Of a stretch of 59,300 bases of DNA, positions 17,626 to 26,378 are shown in pieces. This stretch comes from Deltaproteobacteria bacterium (GTDB lineage: Bacteria > Desulfobacterota > Syntrophia > Syntrophales > UBA6807). Position 1 is the first letter of the stretch. Every line of letters starts with the position of its first letter. Under the pieces are notes generated by a model. It was not told the DNA's origin and did not search any database. It worked only from the letters and a program-made list of their open reading frames with translations. A program made the translations under genes and the position numbers. Location: positions 1-59,300 of the forward strand of contig JAFGWZ010000003.1 of NCBI GenBank assembly GCA_016936905.1, written 5' to 3'.

Positions 17626-17928
17626 TCAGCGTTTGTCGATGGTAATGCCCAGCTTCTCCATCTTGCTGTGAAGGGTGTTCCTGTTAATCCCGAGAAAGGC
17701 CGCCGCCGCTGATTTGATATAATTGGAACGGCGCATGGCGATCCTTATGAGTATTCCCTCGACCATACACAAAATGTCTTCATAAATGCGGCTTTTGTCA
17801 TTATTGTCGGGATTCAGGATTGTCACGACATCTTCAAGTCTCTTTTCGAGAACGTTCTCTACGACGGAATAGGGTGCTGCATCTCCCCTTTCCCCCGACA
17901 ATGACTCTTTCGCATTCCGAATATTCAT
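17626..17928 (-). CDS. Fis-family helix-turn-helix DNA-binding protein
   Basis: The 100-aa protein has a C-terminal HTH_8-type motif SNYIKSAAAAFLGINRNTLHSKMEKLGI. Confidence 0.7.
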   Translation of the reverse strand: MNIRNAKESLSGERGDAAPYSVVENVLEKRLEDVVTILNPDNNDKSRIYEDILCMVEGILIRIAMRRSNYIKSAAAAFLGINRNTLHSKMEKLGITIDKR

Positions 17929-18026
17929 GAAGAAAATATCCTTTCTATATACAGTCCGACGTTACGTTTACCGAGAGACTGCCATTCTCGTTTTTAAAAC
18001 ACTGGTAAGGGCGTACACGAAAACCT

Positions 18027-18554
18027 TCAGGCAACAAAGATCTTGACGTACAGTATGGCGGCCATGAGAAGGGCAATGACCCACGCCCCCACGATATCAG
18101 AACGCTTAACAGGGGGTTGGGCTATAATATTTCTCACTCTTTCCTCAACCTTGTCGCCATCGAGCTGTCCGACGATATCATCGACGAGACGGGAAAACTT
18201 CTCATATGAGTTCGATATAACATAAAATCCTTTTACCGTCGTCATTGCAAGATATGCCTTTTTGCCCACTATGACGGTGTCAACATTGGTAATATCGCCC
18301 CACCGGATGCTCTTTGTCTTGAAAAATTTCTTCAATGCAAGACCATCAGAACCGATGATAATCCTACGCATCCTTGCTTCAATGACAAAAAACACGAGCG
18401 GCACAAAAAAGAGTATGAGGATGATTCTTTCAGTGGGATGACTTTCGGTAAAAAGGGACATGACGATCAAAATAAACAGCAAGACCCCATCGAGGGTCAA
18501 GGGAATAAGGAATGATTGTCTTATTCTGTAGCTCTTTTCCATCATGGCAAACAA
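18027..18554 (-). CDS. Hypothetical membrane protein (2 N-terminal TM, soluble PH-like middle, C-terminal TM)
   Basis: The call rests on the hydrophobicity pattern only. It is in tandem with moaC on the same strand and I recognise no family. Confidence 0.5.
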   Translation of the reverse strand: MFAMMEKSYRIRQSFLIPLTLDGVLLFILIVMSLFTESHPTERIILILFFVPLVFFVIEARMRRIIIGSDGLALKKFFKTKSIRWGDITNVDTVIVGKKAYLAMTTVKGFYVISNSYEKFSRLVDDIVGQLDGDKVEERVRNIIAQPPVKRSDIVGAWVIALLMAAILYVKIFVA

Positions 18555-18580
18555 TGAAACCGCCTTCGCCTCTACTGAGA

Positions 18581-19057
18581 TTACTCCCTGATAAACGTTC
18601 CGCTCCTGCCGCCGCTTTTTTTTATCAGCCGGACATCGGTAATGGTCACCCGTTTATCGGCGGACTTGCACATGTCATAAATCGTCAAAGCCGCCGTACA
18701 GACGGCGGTCAACGCTTCCATCTCGACTCCCGTCCGGCTGAATGTTTTTACGGTAGCGTCAATCGTAATCTCCCCTGTATCGGCATGAATTGAAAATTGA
18801 ACATCTATTCCCGTCAATTCGAGGGGATGGCACAGGGGAATCAGATCGCTGGTTCTCTTGGCCCCCATGACCGCGGCAATCCTGGCAACGCCAAGAACAT
18901 CTCCTTTTGCCATGCCTCCGGCCTCGATTGCCTGCACCGTTGCGGGGTTCATGACCACCGTTCCTCTGGCCACAGCTTCCCTCAGGGTTGGTTCTTTGGA
19001 GGTAACATCAACCATCCGCGATTTATTCTTTTCATCCAGGTGGGTAAAGTCAGCCAT
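18581..19057 (-). CDS. moaC: Cyclic pyranopterin monophosphate synthase MoaC
   Basis: MADFTHLDEKNKSRMVDVTSKEPTLREAVA...SDLIPLCHPL...EMEALTAVCTAALTIYDMCK are canonical MoaC motifs. Confidence 0.9.
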   Translation of the reverse strand: MADFTHLDEKNKSRMVDVTSKEPTLREAVARGTVVMNPATVQAIEAGGMAKGDVLGVARIAAVMGAKRTSDLIPLCHPLELTGIDVQFSIHADTGEITIDATVKTFSRTGVEMEALTAVCTAALTIYDMCKSADKRVTITDVRLIKKSGGRSGTFIRE

Positions 19058-19123
19058 GGGTATTCTTCAATTTCTCGTGTAGTGGGAAGACTGCTGCTCT
19101 CGGACTGGCAGAACTGAAAGTTG

Positions 19124-19152
19124 AAATTAGCACAGTTGACAATGCCCGTCAA
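19124..19152 (-). promoter_or_regulatory. Candidate sigma-70 promoter for moaC
   Basis: On the minus strand: TTGACG (19152-19147), 17-nt spacer, TAATTT (19129-19124). Confidence 0.4.
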
Positions 19153-19169
19153 GAACGTTGATATTTTAT

Positions 19170-19991
19170 TTACAGGCAGAGCGAATCCAGCGAAACGAGC
19201 TGTGCAGTGACGGGTTCACCGTAAAACACGAGGGCCAGACGATCGAAGCGCTCCGATGTGTCCGTTGTCAGAAAGCACCTCGTTTGGTTCCTTGAAATCC
19301 TATCTTCAATATCAGAATGCCGAGCAAGGTACTCCTTGAATTTATCGGCCACTATCGGCCCCTGATCAAGAACAGCCACGGAGGACCCCGCCTGGCGAAC
19401 AAACTGTTCATGCAGGATTGGATAATGAGTGCATGCGAGCAGGATCGCCTCGATCCCCCTGCCCTTGTTGAATAATTCTCGAAGATATTTCGAGATGATC
19501 ATATCCGTTCCTTCCCACTCGGCTTCACCTGCTTCGATTATAGGCACCAACAGGGGGCAGGCCTGCTGATAGACACGGATATCCGGCGCCAGCGAGGTTA
19601 TCTCTTCCACATAGATCCCTGACGCGACGACTCCTTCCGTCGCGAGTATCCCAATGCTACGCATTCCCTTCTCTACAATCTCCTCGGCACTGGGACGTAT
19701 GACCCCCAGCACGCGCCGGTCGGGATAGGCTTCCGGAAGAAACTCCTGTTGAATTTTTCTCAATGCCCTTGCAGACGCCGTATTGCACGCAATGATAACA
19801 AGCGGGCATCCCCGGTGGAAGAGGTATTCAACCGCCTGTTTCGTGAATTCGTAGACCATTCGCTGAGACCGGGTACCGTAAGGAACTCGAGCGTTATCCC
19901 CGAGATAGAGGTAATCATAGTCCGGCATAACGCTGACGATGCTCTTCAGGACCGTCAGCCCTCCGAATCCCGAATCAAACACCCCTATCAT
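19170..19991 (-). CDS. murI: Glutamate racemase
   Basis: IGVFDSGFGGLTVL, LVIIACNTASA and ILLACTHYPIL contain the two catalytic-Cys motifs of MurI. Confidence 0.9.
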   Translation of the reverse strand: MIGVFDSGFGGLTVLKSIVSVMPDYDYLYLGDNARVPYGTRSQRMVYEFTKQAVEYLFHRGCPLVIIACNTASARALRKIQQEFLPEAYPDRRVLGVIRPSAEEIVEKGMRSIGILATEGVVASGIYVEEITSLAPDIRVYQQACPLLVPIIEAGEAEWEGTDMIISKYLRELFNKGRGIEAILLACTHYPILHEQFVRQAGSSVAVLDQGPIVADKFKEYLARHSDIEDRISRNQTRCFLTTDTSERFDRLALVFYGEPVTAQLVSLDSLCL

Positions 19992-20202
19992 TGATTGTCC
20001 TCACTCCCGGCATAGTTCGCGGCAAAATGGAATGAATGATACCATGAATAATCAGAAAAATCCTTGCCAAAAAATCATTTATCCAATAAAACACTTGAGA
20101 CGGAGTGGCGTATGGCATGTCTTCCACGATCGCCATTCCCGCCGACGTACAGGCCCGCCCTCGATTCTCAACGATTCACAGACACGAAAAAGGGACATCG
20201 TT

Positions 20203-21732
20203 TTGATCATCAAAGTCGTAAGCAGCGCCATACTCGGGATCGAATCATACGCCGTCGACGTGGAAGTCGATATATCGCGGGGACTCCCGCAGTTTTCAAC
20301 GGTGGGGCTTCCCGATACGGCGGTACGCGAAAGTAAGGATCGCATCAAGGCGGCGATAAAGAATTCGGGATACGAGTTTCCGAAATACAGAGTCACCGTC
20401 AACCTGTCTCCCGCGGACATCAAGAAAGAAGGAACGAGCTTCGATCTTCCCATTGCCGTATCGATTCTCGCCGCTGAAGAATGTATTACCCATGGAAATA
20501 TCGGGAAGTACATGATCATAGGAGAACTTTCCCTTGACGGAAGAATCAAGGGGGTCCAGGGAATCCTTTCCGCGTCGCTTCTGGCAAAACAGTGCGGGAT
20601 GAAGGGTATCATCGTCCCGCGGGAAAACGCGCCGGAAGCGGCCATGGTGGAAGGAATCGATGTTATCCCCGTGGAATATCTTCACCACGTCGTCGAGTTT
20701 CTCAACGGTATAAACACCATCGAACCTCTGCAGATCGATGCGGGCCTCCTCTTTACAAATGCGCTTGGGACAACCGATGATTATGCTGACGTGAGCGGTC
20801 AGGACCAGGCGAAACGGGCACTTGAGATTGCCGTGGCCGGTGGGCACAATATTATCATGATCGGCCCTCCCGGCTCAGGGAAGACAATGCTCGCCCGGCG
20901 GTTGCTGACCATCCTCCCAGATCTCACCTTCGATGAATCAATCGAAACAACAAAGATCTTTTCCGTTGCAGGACTTCTCACGAAAGAAGAAAATCTCATT
21001 ACCAGGCGGCCCTTCAGGGCGCCCCATCATTCCATCTCCGATGCAGGGCTCGTCGGCGGCGGCCATAACCCGAAGCCGGGCGAAATCAGCCTCGCCCATA
21101 ACGGAGTCCTCTTCCTCGATGAACTCCCCGAATTCAGGCGGAATGTCCTCGAGGCCCTCCGCCAGCCTCTCGAGGATGGTCATGTCACGATCGCGCGATC
21201 CTCAACAACGGTGACATACCCTGCCCGTTTCATGCTCGTGGCGGCGATGAACCCCTGCCCGTGCGGCCACTTCACCGATCCTCGCACGCCCTGTCAATGT
21301 TCCGCTCAGCAGATCCGTCAGTACCGATCAAAAATCTCCGGTCCTCTCATGGATAGAATCGACATCCATATCGATGTCCCCGGGATCAGATACCGCGACC
21401 TCAGCGGAAGGAAACGCGGCGAGTCGTCGCTTGCAATGAAAGAACGAATAACACGCGCCAGGGACATACAGCAGCGTCGGCTGAATGACCTGCCGACACG
21501 ATGTAACGCCCACATGGCCAATAGAGAAATAAAGACATTTTGCGCCCTCGACGAGGAATCTCACCGCCTTGTTGAAATGGCCATGGATAAGCTCGGATTG
21601 AGTGCCCGGGCGTATACAAGAATATTGAAAGTGGCCCGGACCATCGCCGATCTGGACGGCGAGCCTCATATTCGGGCCCACCACGTGTCAGAAGCAATCC
21701 AGTACCGGACGCTTGATCGAGCCGTCATTTAA
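20203..21732 (+). CDS. comM: YifB/ComM-family Mg-chelatase-like AAA+ ATPase
   Basis: IIKVVSSAILGIESYAVDVEVDI is a typical N-terminus. It also has the Walker A GPPGSGKTM, VLFLDELPEF, and the PCPCG...C.C zinc motif. I prefer the TTG at 20203, which gives 509 aa. The tracked ATG at 19939 would overlap murI. Confidence 0.85.
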   Translation: MIIKVVSSAILGIESYAVDVEVDISRGLPQFSTVGLPDTAVRESKDRIKAAIKNSGYEFPKYRVTVNLSPADIKKEGTSFDLPIAVSILAAEECITHGNIGKYMIIGELSLDGRIKGVQGILSASLLAKQCGMKGIIVPRENAPEAAMVEGIDVIPVEYLHHVVEFLNGINTIEPLQIDAGLLFTNALGTTDDYADVSGQDQAKRALEIAVAGGHNIIMIGPPGSGKTMLARRLLTILPDLTFDESIETTKIFSVAGLLTKEENLITRRPFRAPHHSISDAGLVGGGHNPKPGEISLAHNGVLFLDELPEFRRNVLEALRQPLEDGHVTIARSSTTVTYPARFMLVAAMNPCPCGHFTDPRTPCQCSAQQIRQYRSKISGPLMDRIDIHIDVPGIRYRDLSGRKRGESSLAMKERITRARDIQQRRLNDLPTRCNAHMANREIKTFCALDEESHRLVEMAMDKLGLSARAYTRILKVARTIADLDGEPHIRAHHVSEAIQYRTLDRAVI

Positions 21733-22111
21733 CCGGCGATGGCATGTCATCGAAGATTTTCGATGGAGTTGTAAAAAGTCCCTTCAGCACATCATTTCGA
21801 ACAAACGTGAGCTCTCTTTAAAATGTAAGGCTTTATAATAACAAGATTTCTCCCTAAATTCGACATGACAGGAACGGTGCTTATTGGCTTTTGCACGTCC
21901 ATCAACCTTGACTCTCTGCGAACGGGCCAGCGACCCGAGCATGGCAACATTCGCACGGTCCGTGCCGACACCGCACATAGAGCGGCTACATATCGTGGTT
22001 GGATTTGTCACATTATGAAGCTGGTGGCGTGCGTTCAATGAACATATCCGCCGGATTCCCATCTCCAACCGGCATACATTCATCTCGGGGTGTTTTCCGA
22101 CAAAACAACAA

Positions 22112-22129
22112 GTGCCGGATATCCTGCAC
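22112..22129. promoter_or_regulatory. Near-perfect 18-bp palindrome, candidate enhancer-binding-protein site
   Basis: GTGCCGGATATCCTGCAC is symmetric at 16 of 18 positions and lies about 50 nt upstream of the sigma-54 -24 element. Confidence 0.3.
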
Positions 22130-22176
22130 TATTATTTAATGCCCTCAGAAATGGATTCATCGCCGCGAAATATTTG

Positions 22177-22192
22177 TGGCATCGATCTTGCA
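22177..22192 (+). promoter_or_regulatory. Sigma-54 (-24/-12) promoter upstream of the frhB-like/iorAB operon
   Basis: TGGCAT-cgatc-TTGCA matches the consensus TGGCAC-N5-TTGCW. It lies about 50 nt upstream of the start codon. Confidence 0.55.
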
Positions 22193-22245
22193 AAATTAAG
22201 ATATTCCGCTGAATTCAAAGAATCGTCGTACGGAAGGATATGATT

Positions 22246-23361
22246 ATGCAATGTTTCGGTTCTCGTGAACTTGTCGACAACGTCATACGCCAGGATCTCT
22301 GCATCGGATGCGGAGCATGCAACGACCTTTGTCCCTACTTCAGATCGAGGAAGGGCACAACCGTCATGCTCTTTCCCTGCACCATAGCAAAGGGAAAATG
22401 TTTTGCTCACTGCCCAAAGGCGGAGGTAGATCTTGACGAGCTGTCAACGACCTTCTTTCACCAGCGGTATGGCACCGATCCACTAGGCCATTACGACGCC
22501 ATCATGATGTCCCGGGCCGGGGCCAACGCCGGGACAGCGTCGTTTCAGGCGGGTGGAACCGTCTCAGCCCTTATGCGCTTCGCCCTTGAGAGGCATTATA
22601 TCGACGGCGCCATCCTCACTGACAGGAAGGGAATCGTGCCGACGCCACGGTTCGTAACAGAACCGGTCGACGTTCTCGCCTGTGCTTCATCAAAGTATGC
22701 CGCCGCACCTACCGTGGCGGCAGTGAACAGGGCCATACGGAAAGGGGACACCAACATCGGTATTGTAGCCACCCCCTGCCAGGCCCTTGCCATTTCAAAG
22801 ATGAGATCAAACCCCCTGAATGATCATTCGTTCATAGATCCCGTCGGGCTGGTCATCGGCCTGTTCTGCACGTGGGCCCTCGATATGCAGGCATTTGAAT
22901 CCTTTCTGTCTCGGCGTATCGATATATCGACCATTAAGAAGATAGATATACCGCCACCACCGGCGGACATTATGGAAGTTTTCACCGACAAGGGGAAAAC
23001 AGAGTTTCCGCTGACCGAAATCAGGCAACTCGTACCCGAGACATGCTCGTACTGTATCGATATGACTGCCGAGTTTTCAGACATTTCCGTAGGCGTCGTG
23101 GAGGGACAGACTGACGTGAACACCCTCATCATCAGAACCGACCGGGGACGGGAACTCGTCGAAGAAGCGGTTTCGGCGGAATACCTCGTTCTCTCCGATA
23201 TGCCCGGAGAAAAAGTGGAACACCTGAGATGGGCGGCGGGAAACAAAAAGAAACGAGGGCTCGCAAAAGCAAAGGAAAAGGCCATTATCAACAAGCCGGC
23301 AGGAACGGGTATTTCCTATCTCAGAATAAATGATGAAACACTCAACACAATCTGTCCGTAA
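22246..23361 (+). CDS. Coenzyme F420 hydrogenase/dehydrogenase beta-subunit-like (FrhB/FdhB family) Fe-S flavoprotein
   Basis: It has an N-terminal ferredoxin-type CIGCGACNDLCPY plus a second CFAHCP, followed by FrhB_N/FrhB_C-like sequence (VATPCQALAI, GLFCTWAL). The ATG at 22246 has better spacing from GGAAGGA than the ATG at 22240. Confidence 0.75.
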   Translation: MQCFGSRELVDNVIRQDLCIGCGACNDLCPYFRSRKGTTVMLFPCTIAKGKCFAHCPKAEVDLDELSTTFFHQRYGTDPLGHYDAIMMSRAGANAGTASFQAGGTVSALMRFALERHYIDGAILTDRKGIVPTPRFVTEPVDVLACASSKYAAAPTVAAVNRAIRKGDTNIGIVATPCQALAISKMRSNPLNDHSFIDPVGLVIGLFCTWALDMQAFESFLSRRIDISTIKKIDIPPPPADIMEVFTDKGKTEFPLTEIRQLVPETCSYCIDMTAEFSDISVGVVEGQTDVNTLIIRTDRGRELVEEAVSAEYLVLSDMPGEKVEHLRWAAGNKKKRGLAKAKEKAIINKPAGTGISYLRINDETLNTICP

Positions 23362-23376
23362 CAGAGGGAGGTAAGC

Positions 23377-25323
23377 ATGTCATACCTTATAGATAATCGC
23401 GAAGGGGTTCAGCACCTCCTCATGGGCAATGAAGCCATTGTTCGTGGAGCACTGGAAGCGGGTGTCAATGTTACTGCGGGATATCCGGGAACGCCTTCGT
23501 CAGAAATCATCGAGGCGTTTTCAAAGATAGCCGGTGATCGCAATATCTACGCGGAGTGGTCAACCAACGAAAAGGTTGCCATGGAAGTGGCGGCGGCGGC
23601 ATCATTTGCCGGACTTCGATCTCTCTGTGTCATGAAGCAAAACGGCGTCAACGTGGCATCGGACTTTCTGCTCCATCTGGCAAGTTCCGGAACGCGGGGC
23701 GGCATGCTGCTGGTAACCTGTGATGATCCGGGAGCACTGTCCAGCGTCAACGAAGGCGAGTCACGGCTCTTCGCGAAACTGGTGGAGATACCCCTTCTCG
23801 AACCGGGCGATTTTCAGGAGGCCAAGGACCTTACCACATGGGCCTTCGGACTTTCCGAAAAAATCAAAAATATAGTCATGATACGAAGCGTAACCCGCAT
23901 GTCTCACGCAAGCGGGAATGTCACATTCGGCCCCCTCCCAGAAACGGTTCCTCACGCCGAGTATTCCTGCGACGGCCCCCTTCTCGACACGGAGACGGGT
24001 CCCGTGATCAGCATGATTCTTGCCGCTCCGGAGCTTCAGCACGGACCACAGCAGGAGAAACTGGAAAAAGCGGCCCGCCTCTTCGAGGATTGCCCCTTTA
24101 ATACCTACACGGGACCGGAAGCCCCTGAACTGCTTATCGTCACCAGCAGCGCCTGCAACTTGTACGTCAGGGAAGCCGTTCATCTCCTGGAAATCGATGA
24201 TCGCGTCGGTATCCTCAAACTGGCGACGACCTGGCCGTTACCGCCCAACCTGATCAAACAGAATCTCATGCGGGCGGACAGAATCTTCGTCGTAGAAGAG
24301 GTGTTGCCAACCCTCGAGGGAAATATCAAGATTCTCGCCGCCGACATGGCGCCGGAGACGGGCATCAAGACCTTTTACGGAAAGCACTCAGGCCACATAC
24401 CGTCGGTGGGAGAACTTAATCCGGACATCGTTGTCTCGGCGCTTGTCAGAATTCTGGACATTGACTACCGGCCCGCCGACGCCACGTTCGAATACGAGGC
24501 GGCGGCACTGGCCGACACGATGGCGCCGAACCGGGGCATGACGTTCTGCCCCGGCTGTCCTCACCGGGCGTCGTTCTGGTCGATTCATCATGCCATAGCG
24601 CTGGACGGCAGGAACGGATTTGTCTGCGGCGATATCGGCTGTTACGTCATGGGAACCCTTCCCAGCGGCTACAGCACCGTCAAAACGCTTCATTCAATGG
24701 GATCGGGAAGCGGGCTTGCCAGCGGATTCGGCAAACTGAAACAGTTCGGCCTTGAGCAGCCTGTCCTTGCCGTCTGCGGCGATTCCACATTCTTTCACGC
24801 GGCTATGCCCGCCCTTGCTAATGCCATCCACCACAAATCGCCTTTCACGCTCATGCTTCTCGACAACAGGGGAACCGCCATGACGGGATTTCAGCCTCAT
24901 CCGGGATCACCGGTGGATGTAATGGGCGAACCGGCCCAGGCAATCGACATCGAAGCAATCTGCCGGGCCATGGGAGCAAAGGTTGAAATTGCCGACCCCT
25001 TTAACCTTGAGAAAACACAGGAAATGCTGAACCACCTCATGGAACATGGAGAAGGGGCAAAGGTTCTCATTCTTCGCCAGGCCTGCGCCCTGAGTCCCGA
25101 ACGGCGGGGAAAGAAAAAATTTGACGTGTCCGTTGATGAAACCATCTGCATCGGCGAAAACTGCGGCTGCAACCGTCTCTGTACCCGCATATTCGGGTGT
25201 CCCGGCATTACCTGGGACAACGACAAAAAGGTAAGCCGCATCGATACGATCATATGCGCCGGGTGCGGCGTTTGTGCCGACATCTGTCCCGTCGGAGCGA
25301 TACGGAAAAAGGAGGTCGCATAA
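23377..25323 (+). CDS. iorA: Indolepyruvate:ferredoxin oxidoreductase alpha subunit
   Basis: LLMGNEAIVRGALEAGVNVTAGYPGTPSSEI is present, with the TPP-binding region GDIGCY...GDSTFFH and two C-terminal ferredoxin motifs including CAGCGVCADICP. Confidence 0.9.
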   Translation: MSYLIDNREGVQHLLMGNEAIVRGALEAGVNVTAGYPGTPSSEIIEAFSKIAGDRNIYAEWSTNEKVAMEVAAAASFAGLRSLCVMKQNGVNVASDFLLHLASSGTRGGMLLVTCDDPGALSSVNEGESRLFAKLVEIPLLEPGDFQEAKDLTTWAFGLSEKIKNIVMIRSVTRMSHASGNVTFGPLPETVPHAEYSCDGPLLDTETGPVISMILAAPELQHGPQQEKLEKAARLFEDCPFNTYTGPEAPELLIVTSSACNLYVREAVHLLEIDDRVGILKLATTWPLPPNLIKQNLMRADRIFVVEEVLPTLEGNIKILAADMAPETGIKTFYGKHSGHIPSVGELNPDIVVSALVRILDIDYRPADATFEYEAAALADTMAPNRGMTFCPGCPHRASFWSIHHAIALDGRNGFVCGDIGCYVMGTLPSGYSTVKTLHSMGSGSGLASGFGKLKQFGLEQPVLAVCGDSTFFHAAMPALANAIHHKSPFTLMLLDNRGTAMTGFQPHPGSPVDVMGEPAQAIDIEAICRAMGAKVEIADPFNLEKTQEMLNHLMEHGEGAKVLILRQACALSPERRGKKKFDVSVDETICIGENCGCNRLCTRIFGCPGITWDNDKKVSRIDTIICAGCGVCADICPVGAIRKKEVA

Positions 25324-25326
25324 ACC

Positions 25327-25947
25327 ATGAACAGCACTCGCCTGAGCAAAGATCCTTACAGCGTTATCATCACCGGCGTGGGGGGACAGGGAAATGTCAT
25401 GGCCTCCCGCGTCCTGGGGAGCATGCTTGTGAACAACGGCTTCTCGGTAACAATCGGGGAAACTTTCGGAGCGTCACAGCGGGGAGGATCGGTCATGAGC
25501 CACCTGCGGATTTCAGAGACATCAAGCTGGAGTCCTCAGATTCCGAAAGGAACGGCAGACATCATCGTATCGCTCGAACCGATCGAGGCGGTAAGGGTTC
25601 TGGCGGCATACGGAAACCCCGGAGTCATTCTGCTGAGCAATACGCGCCCCATTTTTCCGGTGAACGTCATAAAAGGAGATGCGGCATATCCTTCCGTGGA
25701 GGAATTGAAAAAATCGGTACGGCGTTTGATCCCTCATTCGATCTTCATCGAGGCCACCGAAGAAGCTCTTAAAATGGGGAACCCGATCCTTGCCAACATT
25801 ATCATGCTGGGAGCCGTCGTCGGGCTGAATATCCTACCCATTACGAGAGAGAATTTCCGGACCGCCATCGGGGAACGGGTATCACCCGATACGGTCGATC
25901 TGAACATGGACGCCTTCGATCTGGGATCAAGGCTGGGTCAGCAGTAA
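25327..25947 (+). CDS. iorB: Indolepyruvate:ferredoxin oxidoreductase beta subunit
   Basis: VIITGVGGQGNVMASRVLG has the gamma-domain GxGGQG motif. The gene starts 3 nt after iorA. Confidence 0.85.
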   Translation: MNSTRLSKDPYSVIITGVGGQGNVMASRVLGSMLVNNGFSVTIGETFGASQRGGSVMSHLRISETSSWSPQIPKGTADIIVSLEPIEAVRVLAAYGNPGVILLSNTRPIFPVNVIKGDAAYPSVEELKKSVRRLIPHSIFIEATEEALKMGNPILANIIMLGAVVGLNILPITRENFRTAIGERVSPDTVDLNMDAFDLGSRLGQQ

Positions 25948-26212
25948 CAGACCGTAGAAAAATCCCTCCGGGATGCGGTTCAAAAATGTCCGCATGAAAG
26001 ACTCCCGGAAGCCTGAAGAGCAAGCCGTCGTTCTTATAGTGCGTCGCCAGCTTGCCACCGCAAATCTTTCGCCCTTATGTTATTTTTTTCTGCTCCGTCT
26101 CCTTGACGGAGGCAGTTGATCTTACGGTCCTCACGCCGAACCAGACCTTTTTTATTCAGACGAATCCCTGACCCTCTTCGAGAAAAATCAATACATTTTT
26201 ACGCGCATCATC

Positions 26213-26241
26213 TTGATGTCAAAAAAGTTTAGTGGTAGAGT
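26213..26241 (+). promoter_or_regulatory. Candidate sigma-70 promoter for ilvE (would give a ~130-nt leader)
   Basis: TTGATG (26213-26218), 17-nt spacer, TAGAGT (26236-26241). The leader contains a 7-bp hairpin at 26281-26300. Confidence 0.35.
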
Positions 26242-26378
26242 GATGCATTGTTTTTTGCGATACGATGGGGTATGTGGATAGTCTTCACGATGTTGAAGAC
26301 GTCGTTATGGAGTTTTTCTACCCGCGGGGCAGTCTCTGATCAACCGCGATAAATAGAATAAGGAGGGTGGACCTGCTC

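Noticed and set aside
19939-20202. An 88-codon N-terminal extension of comM (the tracked ORF starts at 19939).
   Set aside because: The extension would overlap the murI start on the other strand, is Arg/Ser/Pro-rich junk, and precedes the canonical ComM N-terminus (IIKVVSSAILGIESY). A TTG at 20203 after AAAGGGA fits better.
21865-22041. A 58-aa ATG ORF in the comM/frhB gap ending in TGA. Because selC is nearby, I considered it as a selenoprotein with UGA read-through.
   Set aside because: It has no RBS and no recognisable family. The read-through extension has no protein-like character, and I saw no obvious SECIS-like hairpin right after the TGA.
21784-22083. A 99-aa minus-strand ORF in the comM/frhB gap, and a 92-aa ORF at 22132-22410.
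   Set aside because: Both are Cys/Arg-rich and non-protein-like with no RBS. The second runs antisense across the sigma-54 promoter and the frhB-like start.
26093-26111. The hairpin ctccgtc-tcctt-gacggag after iorB, considered as a terminator.
   Set aside because: The T-run lies before the stem on the plus strand, which puts an A-run after it on the minus strand. It therefore fits a rho-independent terminator in neither orientation.
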